Assembly (NCBI GenBank): GCA_040954595.2 | Contig: CM082595.2 | Coordinates: 8,042,317-8,106,316 of the forward strand | Direction of reading: 5' to 3' | Source of the DNA: Balanoglossus misakiensis | Lineage: Eukaryota > Animalia > Hemichordata | Length of the DNA: 64,000 bases | Shown here: piece after piece, positions 13,308 to 25,422 of the stretch | Numbering within the stretch: the first letter of the stretch is position 1 | Layout of the letters: every line of letters begins with the position of its first letter | Translations under genes and position numbers: made by a program | Notes under the pieces: model-generated | The model's database searches: none | Told to the model about the DNA's origin: nothing | What the model saw: the letters and a program-made list of their open reading frames with translations, nothing else

Positions 13308-15905
13308 TAGTGGAGCGGCCAAACCCCAATTTTCATCGCGATTGTGCATTTTGTGATAAAAACACCAAACTTGGCTCAGATGTGTGTTACTGTGTACTAA
13401 GCAAATTCAGATAGCGAGCCACTTAATATCTGTTAACGGGTAGCCATGGCAACCATTTTTCAAAATGGCCGCCACTACATTAATCTTTCACACAAAATAA
13501 CGACTAAAGAACACCAAGGTACTTTCAGATTATGATATTTGAAACCAGAAACTATAGAAAGGGTATTTGTGGTCACCGAAATAGTTCTGAATATAGAATA
13601 AAGGATAAAACACAGTTTAACGTCTACAGTACAGCGGCATAACAAATCGATTGTGCATTTTGTGATACAAGCACCAAACTTGGCTATGTGCATTAATGTG
13701 TACTAAACAAATTCAGATAGTGAGCCACAATATCTGTTGATGAGTTTCCATGGCAACTATTTTTTCATTTTTTCAAAATGGCCGCCAATACAGATAATCT
13801 CACCCACAAAATAACAATTATAAAACTCCAAAATAAATTCATATTACAAAATTTGAAACAAGAAACTGCTCAAAGAGTAATTTCTAAAATTTTTATCATC
13901 ACTAAACTAGTTAAAGGGGTAAATACAGGATCGAGATTCAGTCGCTAAAGAAATTCAAGTTTGGTAATAACCACGATTACAACAAACTTAGTTAAAACAC
14001 TGTATAACCATAGATATATTATAATAGTGACCTGGCATAAACAACATTTTCATAAAATTTGGGCATTTTGTGATAAAAGTTTAACAGGTAAACCTCAGTT
14101 GATTCGTTATTTTCCCCATAAAAATATCTTTCATGAACAAAATTCCAAATTTAGTCAACCCAGGAAAAAACGGCATCTTGTTTCTCAACTTTATAAATTG
14201 ATCTGACCAGTTTGAATCAGTGCAGAATCTAGCTTTTCTATTTTAGCTTCATCAAATGATTCATGCAAATAAAGAATCACTTCCCCATAAAATGATGGCA
14301 GAAAGCCAGTATCATGACAGTCGATTGGTTTGTTAAAGTTACTATAGAAACTAACTATGTCTAGGTTGTATGTACATAGATAGATGTTAGGAATCAAAAT
14401 CAAAATCTGTTTCAAACTTTTCATCCAATACTTGTCCTTCGGAAAGCGTTTTGATGAAGTCGCTTGAAGTGCTTTGTATTGCTCATGTTATCGATAATTT
14501 TAATCGCACCTTGATGATAGTCAGCAGTTCTATTTTGACATGTTATTTTGTGTTTTTTGAAACCCCAAAATCAAAGAATAAAATGATAAAGTGAAAATAA
14601 GCTTCAAAACACCAAAAGTCTTCAGGATCACAGCTTTTCTGTAAAGAGTAAGATTTCGCTTACTTCATGCTATTAAATGAAATGAAGTTTTCCTAATATC
14701 TCTTGCAAAGTCGGATCTTTACACATTGAGATATTAGAATGAAAGTACATTCCAAGTGACTTGTTGGGAGCATTGGGCCACCTAATCCCAGAAAATTGCA
14801 ATAATACCTGTTTTTCCATTTACCAATCTAAAGGCCAACTGCTTGTATCTTTAGTTGGGTTTCTATAATTAACACACATTTTTGACAATATTTATGGCAT
14901 GATGAACACTATTCTCGACAAATAAAATAATGTTGTGTCCCCCGGTGTAATTTTTATGAGTTTGGAATCATAGACATCATTTATCTTTTGGTCAACTCTG
15001 TTAACAGTCGCCAAAATTGCTGGAGTCGAACTGATACATGATCTAAAGTATCAAGACATATGGTCGATTATTAACGTTTCAGCAATTCGACTTAAGTTTC
15101 TTTAATTTCCTATGGCATTTTGACAAACATCAACGCCCTGAAAAAACGTTGTCAACGCTGCGGTCGCGATTGTGGTCGAAACAAAGCCAACATTTTCGCA
15201 TGGTTTGTTACCCGGGGTCCATTTAGATTGCATTGCGTTTGAGGCCCTATGTGTATGTCTGTCGACCAATAAACGCGACGACCGTGGACTCAGTTTGGAT
15301 CAACGTCTATTTCGGGCAGTGGACTCTCAGTTGATAAGGAAATTTTACCAGTCACGAGTAAGCTAAGCCCGCATCCGTGTGCAATTCGAATATATCGGTG
15401 ATCTGTTAATATGATTATCATTGGCTAAGGTGGTAAACTGTTGTGATTCATATGACGTGTAATTTATGTACTGCAAGTTAAATATCGCAATTAGCCTAAT
15501 GTTTGACGATAGACAGTATGGTTTCACTTCTAGAGGAGCACCTATTAATCCGAGAACAAAGGGATTAAAAGTTGCGCCTTTAAATTGTGTTTTGATAACT
15601 TACTTACCCCTATAAGTAGTTTAGTAACCATAATATCTTTGCAAATCATTCTTTACACAGTTCCTTGTATCAAATATAGTAATCTAAATTTATTTTGGTG
15701 TTTACAGTTGTTATTTGGTGGGTGAAATTATCTGTATTGGTGGCCATTTTGAAAAATCGGTTGCCATGGAAACTCATCAACAGATATTTAGTGGCTCGCT
15801 ATCTGAATTTGTTTACTTCACATTAACACACATCTGAGCCAAGTTTGATGCTTTTATCACAAAATGCACAATCGCTATGAAAATTAGGGTTTGGCCGCTC
15901 CACTA
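13308..15905. mobile_element. 2.6-kb non-autonomous DNA transposon, Academ-like
   Basis: Long TIRs tagtggagcggccaaac...gattgtgcattttgtgataaaa; TAG/CTA ends; 3-bp TSD tat (13305-13307, 15906-15908); the empty site is seen in the paralogous copy near 20036. A second terminus-like copy lies inside at ~13627. Confidence 0.85.
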
Positions 15906-16007
15906 TATTAGCCATTGATCTGGGAAAGTTACAAAAATGTGTTGTCCAAGCACGTTGAAGGTACAAGTGGTTTTTACACTAGCTATGAAGGCATTTTATT
16001 AAAATTA

Positions 16008-17600
16008 TTAGGTCCCGTTTGGTATATGTATTTATACCATGGGACCTTACAGGATCAGTTGCACCTGTATGTATGGATGTCTGTATGGATGTTTGTCTGT
16101 ATGTCCATCAACATCAAACATTTGGAAACTACTGGCGTGTGACCTTGATATTTAGTGTGGAGATGCAGGCAAGGCAGTAGGGGGGAGTTTGTCTAAATGA
16201 AGTTGTCATTGCCAAAATATGCAAGTGAGCTGGGAAAGTGTCAAATTTGTCAAAACTGAGGAACTCAAAAACTACTGGGTAAATTGCTTTAAAAATTGAA
16301 AATTGATATGCATGTACCTTATAGTAACCTCACACAGCCCTTTATGTTGTCAGCTTATGTGAATTTCCAATGTTTATGCATTTTTTGTCTCCACATTATC
16401 GGTAAAAAATCTACTTTTCTGGAATTGATCAGCTGACTTGTTTGAAATTTAGTATGAAGCTTCGCAGGTGATCTGAGTTACCATAGTTTTGATTAAAGTG
16501 TTGCAAAATTTGTGTATTTTAATTGTGTAGCAATTTTTAGGTCCCATGGCATTTGGTTTGTGTATATATATATATACGATTGGGACCTTATGGAATGACT
16601 TGCATCTGTATGTATGGATGAACGGATGAAAACTGCTGTGCATATCACTTCCATATTTAGTGTGTAGATGAAGGCCGGGCTGTAGATGGGATTTTGTTCA
16701 AATGAGGTTGCCATTGCCAAAAGTATTACCTGTGAAAATGTGAAATTGGTCAAAAGTCAGAAACTCAGCAACCACTGGTCAGATTGATCTGAAAACTTGT
16801 ATGTCAATAAACCCCATACAGTCCTGTATGCTTTGAGCTAATATTATGAATTTTCTAATGTTTATTAATTTTTTGTCTTTTTCCAAATTATTGGTAAAAA
16901 AATCTTCACTTCTGAAAGCGATAGTCCGACTCCTTCGAAATTTAGTATGAAGCTTCCTATAGGTGGTCCGAGTTACCATATTTTTTGTTCAGATTGTTGT
17001 AAAATAGGCATATTTATAATTTTGAGCAATTATGCCAATTTTGGTCAGAATGCTTTGCAATTTGGTAGGCAGATTCCCAGGGGTAACCCAAGTGAGATGT
17101 CTTAAAAATGGTTAAAACTTCATCTTTGTCTTATTTGGAGATATTTTATGCAATCTTTGTCAAAAACTGTTTTCTCTGAAAACGTTCAAACCGTTGTCTG
17201 GTTGCTTTGAACTTTGGCAGGAATGTTCCTTGTAGTGATTGAAGTAAGATGGTGTACAATTATAGTGATTTTTGCATATTTGTGTTTTTGCCACTTTTGA
17301 ACAAATGTGTTTTTCTTTGAAACTGCTTTTTTGATGGCTTTGAAATATGGTAGGAAAATTCCTAGGGGTAACCCAAATTTTTTTTCTGATTGCTTTAGAA
17401 GTTGGTTTACAATTTCATAACACATGTACCTGTATGTGCGACTTTTATTAAAGTCTGGTTTTTAATATTTAGGTAGTTTTGTTGTAATTTCTTTGTTTTT
17501 GGATAGCAAATCTTCTCTTGAACCAATTGCCCAGTTTCTTTGAAAGTTACTGTTAACAAGGTGAGTTGGTACACCCAACTTAGACTTTTACATCCAACTT
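16008..17600 (+). mobile_element. Second, older HINE-like family (head aggtccc...gggacct plus TGTA/TGGA microsatellite); copies start near 16008, 16538, 20138, 20647, 23402 and 26024
   Basis: Repeated 5' inverted repeat followed by a microsatellite and a shared core; matching 3' ends gggacc-ac-agtgtc(c/t)ctgacgc-like at ~24488 and ~29156. Confidence 0.6.
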
Positions 17601-17648
17601 AGAGCTACTATGACTGGTTACTAACTTCTAGGTCTATTTGATTCTCAG

Positions 17649-17723
17649 ATGCTGCCTGAGATTGCCTGCATTTCAACTCAGGATTCTCTTCCTCGTCTGG
17701 GGCGAGTTTAAGACCGCTCAATG
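17649..17723 (+). ncRNA. Putative non-coding exon A2 (75 nt)
   Basis: tatttgattctcag| acceptor, |gtaagc donor; paralog of A1. Confidence 0.6.
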
Positions 17724-18905
17724 GTAAGCATGACTTGCTATATATTTGCTTTTATCGGGCGTTGCAACCGAAGCAATAGGAAGCAATTTGTATGTCTACG
17801 AACTAATTTACACATTCCAGTTATCAATACTTTTTTTTCCCTTCGAATTCTGGCCTCGATTGCCTGTGATATGATCGTGATGACATGAATTAAATGGTCA
17901 AGTTCAAATCTTCATGTGATGCATAAATTAAATTTGGATGCATTTCCTTAACCATATAGCTAGAAATTACTCCCATATCAATACACAGGGAGATACCGTA
18001 ACTTTGGCTGAAAGTGTGCTAGTCCAACACCATGCTTAATCAAACTGGCTAAGAGATCTATTATTATGTATAGACACATGAAGGAAAGTAATGTTGTTTA
18101 GAGTGAAATAAAACAATACCTTAGGCCGCAAAGAAAAATATAAATCATGACACAAACAGGCTGGATTTTTTTTTCAAAAATGTGTGCGTAAGATCACATT
18201 GGCTGATGGTGACCAAAGCCAGAGAAGCGCAGTCCTGAATTCGGAAATCTGATCAGTACCAGAAACTTGCTCAAAGCTACTAAATGCACAAAAAGTTTTG
18301 AGAATCTTTATAAAGATAAAAAATCACCAAGCGACTATTGGGCTTGTCTGTGTTCAATATGTCTTCCCTGGTAACAACATCTACTTCCGCCACCACGCCA
18401 TGAGATATACTGACAGCCACGTTTGAAACATTTTAGTATACTGATATTTAAAGTTTAAATTTTAAGGCTTACTTTTCTATACTTAAATAAATGTTTTATA
18501 ATTGCCAACAATGTACATTCTTATGCTAATCAGTTGTATGAAAAGTGAGATGGATCAAATGCAAGTTTCATTTTCACAACAAACAAAGAAATCATTGTAC
18601 AGTGTTACATAGATGTCAAAGTGCGTGTACACCTTCTGTCATTTACAGAATCTGATATCATGTCAGTTTCAGTTGTCACCTAATTGCAATGTTTGGGGTA
18701 TATACCCATGTGGACCACTTTACTGCAGTACTGATGTAAATGGAGTTTTAAGATCGACGTATTCCACTGTTGTACATTATCGCAGCACAGTCTGACCGTA
18801 CATTATACCATGTTTTGCATATTTTCACTAATTAGTATGGCCCACATAATTCTAAAACAAAGTTGATTGGTTACTAATTAATATTTGCATATATTTGATT
18901 CACAG

Positions 18906-18978
18906 TCTTAAACACAGCATTTCAACGTATGCCGGAGGAGGAAGAGAATACCTAGGCCTTTTCCAAGACCGCTTTCCG
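18906..18978 (+). ncRNA. Putative non-coding exon B2 (73 nt)
   Basis: tatttgattcacag| acceptor, |gtaagc donor; complementary to A2. Confidence 0.6.
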
Positions 18979-21900
18979 GTAAGCACAACTTGCTGTATAC
19001 ATGCTCCATAGCTTGTTTGTAAATGCTACCTTTTCCCATCAAACAGTGAAGTCGCCCTTTCAAAATTATGGTGGTGGCAAGCCACAATCGGTTATCATGG
19101 AGAGTCCCATAAACTTACCAGCCCACGCTAGCCATGACTTTACAAATGTTTCCCGTCATACAGTGCAGAACATTCTGGCTGCCTTAAATAGGTTTTCACT
19201 ATGTGCTAGGGGGTCAAATCACATTGCATTCTGGGCGAAAAGTCCACAACCCACTGTAGTAAGAGATGGAAGAAATGATACATTTTTTGTATTTCATGCT
19301 TTGGTCAAACATGTCGTTCTCTGTAGTTAGCATATTAAACTCATTAAACTTTTTTCACATTTTGTTATTTTTTCTGTTAAAAAGTTCAAGAATGACCCAT
19401 TATCACTTTAGCTTATGAACTCCCATTTCTTTAACATGGCAAAAATCGGCCATCTTGAAATTGTCGACAATATGAGATTTTCATCACTCACTTAGGGTAG
19501 CTTAAAACGTATTTCAGGGGAGAATTGTATAGGCATGACTTGGTCTGTAAATTTGATGAAATACCTACCTGCAAATTGTTCACAAGCAGCTGACTGTACT
19601 GAAAGACTGGAAGTGTTGTGTACTTATTTTACATATTCAATATTTGTAATTAGACCATGTCATGTATATCTTGGGGATTGCTCGATCGCCATGTCTCTGC
19701 TGGTACCATGGTAGTAATTGTAAGTTTGTGTGCGGCATTTGTAAATTATTTATAAATTATTTTGTAAATTTCCTCATTCTCAAATTACTTGCCCAACTGC
19801 ATTAAACTTTAAATTTTGGTATGATTTTGAGTAGACTTTTTGTTTCAAAATTATTTTCGACACTTTTGACATGTTTGGGTGATATGATTTTACATGGAAA
19901 ATCTGATTTCCCTGTAATTTGGTTGACAGGATTTTCACCATATCTCTAAATCATGAAGTACATGTATCAGAATTTGCATCAGGCCCCCCCCCCCCCACCC
20001 CCCACCCCCAAATTTTAGTCGCCTTTGGAAAGTCATATTAGCCATTGATCTGGGGAAGTTACAAAAATGTGTTGTCCAAGGGCGTTGAAGGTACAAGTGT
20101 TTTTACACTAGCTATGTAGGCATTTTATCAGAATTGTTAGGTCCCATTTGGTATTTGTATTTATACCATGGGACCTTATTGGATCAGTTGCACCTGATGT
20201 ATGTATGGATGTTTGTATGTCCGTCAACATCAAACACTTGGAAACCTTGATATTTAGTGTGGAGATGCAGGCACAGGGGTAGATGGGAGTTTGTCTAAAT
20301 GAAGTTGTCATTGCCAAAATATGCAAATTAACTGGGAAAGTGTCTAATTCGTCAACTCTGAAACTCGACAACTACTGGGCAAATTGCTTTCAAAATTGAA
20401 AATTGGTATGCATGTACCTTACGTTAACCTCACACAATTCTATATGTTTTGGGCTAATAATGTGATTTTTTTTTATGCATTTTTTGTTTCTTTCCACATT
20501 AGCAGTAAAAAATCTACTTTTCTGGAATTGATCAGCTGACTTGTTTGATAATTAGTATGAAGCTTCATAGGTGATCTGTGTTACCAACCTTAGTTTTGTT
20601 TAAATTATTGCCAAAATTTGGGTATTTATAATTTTGGAGCAATTTTTAGGTCCCATTTGGTTTATGTGCATGTATATGATTGGGACCCGAGGAATCAGTT
20701 GCATTTGTATGTATGGAGTGAATGGATGAAAACCGCTGCGCGTATCACTTCCATATTTAGTGTGTAGATGCAGTCGGGGCTGTAGATGGGATTTTGTTCA
20801 AATGAGGTTGTCATTGCCGAAAGTATTACCTGTGAAAATGTGAAATTTGGTCAAAAGTCAGAAACTCGACAACCACTGGTCAGATTGATCTGAAAATTGG
20901 TATGTCAATGAACCCATACAGTCCTGTATGTTTTGAGCTAATATTATGAATTTTCTAATGTTTATTAATTTTTTTTTCTTTTTCCACATTATTGGCAAAA
21001 AAAATCTTCACTTCTGAAAGCGATAGTCTGAATCCTTCTAAATTTAGTATGAGGTTATATTACATATGCTGGAGTATGATAAGCTGTAGAACATTCATTT
21101 GGTGGCCATATTGAATTTATTCAAAATATAAGTGCAAACGTAAATTTTTTTTTTTTCAAAATTGTTCTAAATGTCATAGAGATAGTTTTGAATAAAAACA
21201 CTAAAATAGCTTGTGTAATACCCAATATACAGCCCAAATATGGGACTCTAGGAATACTGTTCAGCATATTGAATTTATGCAAATTATGAAATCTGCCCAT
21301 GTCAAATATTACTTCAAGATGGTTCTTAATGTACATGAAATATTTTTATACTTTAAAATCATAGAAAAGGTCGTGTTTATTTCTTGATATTTGGCCCCAA
21401 AATTTTCAATATTAAATGTATGCAAATTAGAAATATTTCTACAAGGTGGATTCGGGTTCAATTAATCTAGACACCTCTCCAAAATATATTCTGAAGAAAA
21501 AAATTCTGTTGCAATTTATGGTGGGTTAGGTCCCCAAATCTCAAACTTTGGCAGAAATGTTCCTTGTAGTGATTAAAATAAGATGGTGTACAATTATAGT
21601 GATTTTTGCATATTTGTGTTTTTGCCACTTTTGAACAAATGTGTTTTTCTTTGAAACTGTTCTTTTGATTGCATTGAAATTTGGTAGGAATATTCCTAGG
21701 GGTAATACTATTTTTTCTGATTGCTTTGGAAGTTAGTTTACAATTTCATAACACATGTACCTGTATGTGCGACTTTTATTAAAGTCTGGTTTTTAATATT
21801 TAGGTAGTTTTGTTATAAATTCTTTGTTTTTGGATAGCAAATCTTCTCTTGAACCAATTGCCCAGTTTCTTTGAAAGTTACTGTATGTTAACAAGGTGAT

Positions 21901-24722
21901 GGTATACCCAACTTAGACTGTATTCACCACATGTTTACGTAAATTTAATATGCCAGCTTTTACACAGACCCCCAGCTATTCTATTTTGAATTACCCAGTG
22001 GCAGGTCACTCAAAATTTTTGAGCAGGTATTCCATGGTTTCTTGATATCACAAAATCGTCTCGAACAGGTCTCCCATTAGACACGTTTAGCCCCTTGATT
22101 AGCCGATGTCCAAAAACATTTAGGCATTTCAGAGATCATTAGTCAGTTCATCAGTCCACTTGTTATGTTGGGTTGAAAAACACACACTTGAATTACTTGC
22201 TATTTACAGTCCTGCAAGCTGCTTAAAACTTGTGTGGACACTGATTTTATCATGTTGGGTATCTTCAAACTTTGATACCACCCCTAGCAATTTTTTATAC
22301 TGACATGGTTTCTCTCCAGTGATTTCAACATCCTACTAGGAATACAACCCCTCCTCAACTTCATAATATAGGGCATGAAATTGCAGGTTTTTGAGAACAC
22401 TATTCAAAATCATCCCCATCAAGTCTGTAAACGTCTTTGGACAGATTTCTCTCCAGAGTAAAACGAAACATGCAATAAAGAGACTTTATGCAATAAAAAC
22501 ATGTTGATCATAACTCCAAACAATAATTTGCTATGTACAACATCTCAATCGCTAATAGTAGGTATGGCCATAAGCATAAACCTGTTTGTTTTGCTATCTT
22601 CACTATTCATGTTATCTGACTATATTAATACATTTGCAAGCATACTGTTTCAGACGTAGTGAAGTTGATAAACATTTACGGGTATATTTTTACCTGTTGA
22701 AACTTACGGAAGTTGATCAAAAACTGGACACTTCACATAGGATTTTTCATCCCCTCTGTAGATTGATAGTCTAACATAGCAGGCAATCTTTCTTTCAAAA
22801 CTGCAGAGGCCTTTATAAAAAGTTGTTGGCAAGAATGAAAGCTTGGGGGGGGGGGGGGGGTGGGGGGGGGGTGTAGGATTTCCTACATTTTAGGTTATTT
22901 TTTTATATGCCCCCCAAAAGTTATGACAAAAAATTGATGACACCCTCAGAATTTATACTCCCTCCCCCATCATACGCTATCCATATTCATATAAATATGT
23001 CAATAAACGCCATACTGTCCTGTAGATTTGAGCTAATATTATGGATTTTCTATTTTTTATCGTTTTGTCTTTTTCTGCATTATTGGTAAAAACATCTTCA
23101 TTTCTGAAAGCGATAGACTGACTCCTTCAAAATATAGTATGAAGCTGCCTATAGGTGGTCCGAGTTACCATAGTTTTGTTCAAATCGAAATTGTTGTAAA
23201 ATTGGCATTTTTAATTTTGAACAATTTTTGCCATTTTTGCTCAGAATGCTTTGAAATTTGGTACGCAGATTCCTAGGGGGTAACCCAAGTAAGATGTAAA
23301 ATATGCTTAAAATTGCGTGCTTGTGTTATTGGGGAATTTTTGTACAATTTTTATCAAAAACTTTTTTCTCTGAAAGCGCTTGTCAGGTTGCATTGAACTT
23401 TTAGGTCCCATTTAGGACCTAATGGAATCAGTTGCGTCTGTATGTATGGATGGATGTATGTCTGTATATCCGTCCACATCAAAAACTTGAAAACCGCTGC
23501 GTGTATCACCTTGATATTTGGTGTGTAGATGCATGCTGGGCTGTAAAAGGGAGTTTCTTCAAATGGAGTTGTCATTGACTTTAAAAAATATGCAAATTAG
23601 GTGGAAAAATTTGAAATGGGTCAAAACTCAAACTCACCAACTACTAATCAGATTAATTTGGAAATTGGTATGCAGGTACCTTATGTCTACCTCAAACAGT
23701 CCTGTATGTTTAGAGCTAATATTGATTTTCTATTTTTGATGCATTTGTTTATATTAATTTTTCAACATTATTGGTAAAAAATCTTCATTTCTGAAAGTGA
23801 TCGGCCTACTTCTTTGAAATTTAGTATGAAGCTTCTTATAGGTTGTCTGAGTAACCATGGTTTTGTTCAAATTATTGCAAAAAATTACATATTTATAATT
23901 TTGATGATAATTTTTTTGTTATTTTTCCCCTCTGAAACCGCTTGTCAGATTGCTTTGATTGATTCGCTTTTTGGCAGGCATGTTCCTTGTGGTGATTGAA
24001 GTTAGGATTTTGAACAATTTTGGTGATATTTGCTTGTATGATTTTTTGCCACTTTTGAACAAATATTTAGCGAGTTTTTTGCAAATTATTGATTTTGGTT
24101 AGCAAATCTTCTAAACTCATGTCCAGTTGCATTGAAAGTTACTGTTTACAAGGTATTGGTACCCCGAGACTGTTTACACTACATGTTTACATAACTTAAT
24201 AGGCCAGCTGTTACAGAGACCATTAGCTATTGAATGTCTGTCAGTCTGTCCAAGGGCTGACTGTAAGAAGTTGCTTGTCATGTGTGTTTCTACACACAAT
24301 TTTTGGTCAAACATAAATTTTTCTTGCATCACTTGTAAGACTGCCATGACACATGACAGTCTATTGGGTATGGTCCTTGTTAATTTTTTTACATTTTCAT
24401 ATTTATATATGGTTAGGTCATATCTGCTTGCCAGTGTCGCATGTGATTTTTATTCTTGTCTATAACTAATTCCGTGTAATCCTCAAATGGGACCACAGTG
24501 TCCTTGACGCTATTTTTTCATAGTCATCCCTAAAAGTCTGGTGTTATGTGCCCCCCCCCCCCCAATTTCTCATGTAAAAAAACCGATGGCCCCCTGGAAA
24601 TCCTACAGCCACCTCAATTCCTGGGGAAGTATATTCTCAACACTCCCTTATATCACATCCCATATATTGCGACCTACAGGTTTATGATTTGTTACTAACT
24701 GCTATGCATATTTCATTCACAG

Positions 24723-24807
24723 ATGGAAGCCATGATTGTCGCAATTTCAACTGGTCCAGGGTTTCTCGTTCTCCTGTGCGCTGAAGCTTGGTTAAGACTA
24801 CTTTCTG
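24723..24807 (+). ncRNA. Putative non-coding exon A3 (85 nt), diverged
   Basis: ctaac branch site, tatttcattcacag| acceptor, |gtaagcatga donor retained despite divergence. Confidence 0.6.
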
Positions 24808-25320
24808 GTAAGCATGAGTTCATCTATATTTGCTTTTTTAGGGCATTATTGATTTCCTGTAATGTGATTATGATGAGGTGAATGAACTGGACATAAATTC
24901 AGTTTGGACACATTTAGAATTGGCAGAATTACCCATAGCTATAATTGTATATAGGCGCCTTGAATTTAATTATTTGTTTGCCGTCCATGGGTGGGTATGT
25001 TTTAGGTACAGTGTTATTAAGTCTGTGTGCATGTTTTTGTTGTTTACACATAAATATCATTTGTCACCTGATTGCCATGTAAGAGAATACCCATATGGAG
25101 CTTCTATACTCTGCAGTACTATTACTTAGTCAGATGTAAATGGAGTTTCAAAATTGCTGTTTCACAGATTTATCTGCTAAGTATTCTATTGTTATGCGTT
25201 GTCACAACACAGCCTTGACCCTACATTATACCATGTTCTGCATATTTTGACTTATTAGTATGACATAATGCAAGTTTGTGATTGGTTACTTATAAACATG
25301 CACGTATATTTGATTCACAG

Positions 25321-25422
25321 GTGGACTGTCTTAAATGGTCATCATTAGGCTGTGCAGGAGGGGGAGAAGACCTTGGACCCTATGTTAAAGACCCTTGCGG
25401 CCCCGTCAAGTACCTTTTTCTG
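25321..25422 (+). ncRNA. Putative non-coding exon B3 (102 nt), diverged
   Basis: tatttgattcacag| acceptor, |gtaacc donor; ~27-bp complementarity to A3. Confidence 0.55.

Larger units (their letters stand above)
11228..21920. repeat. Tandem segmental duplication (copy 1 ~11228-17600, copy 2 ~17601-21920); diverged third copy ~24680-26630
   Basis: gagctac(a/t)atgactggttactaacttcta starts both copies; collinear blocks such as 12620-13260 vs 19340-19980 differ by TE insertions. Confidence 0.9.
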
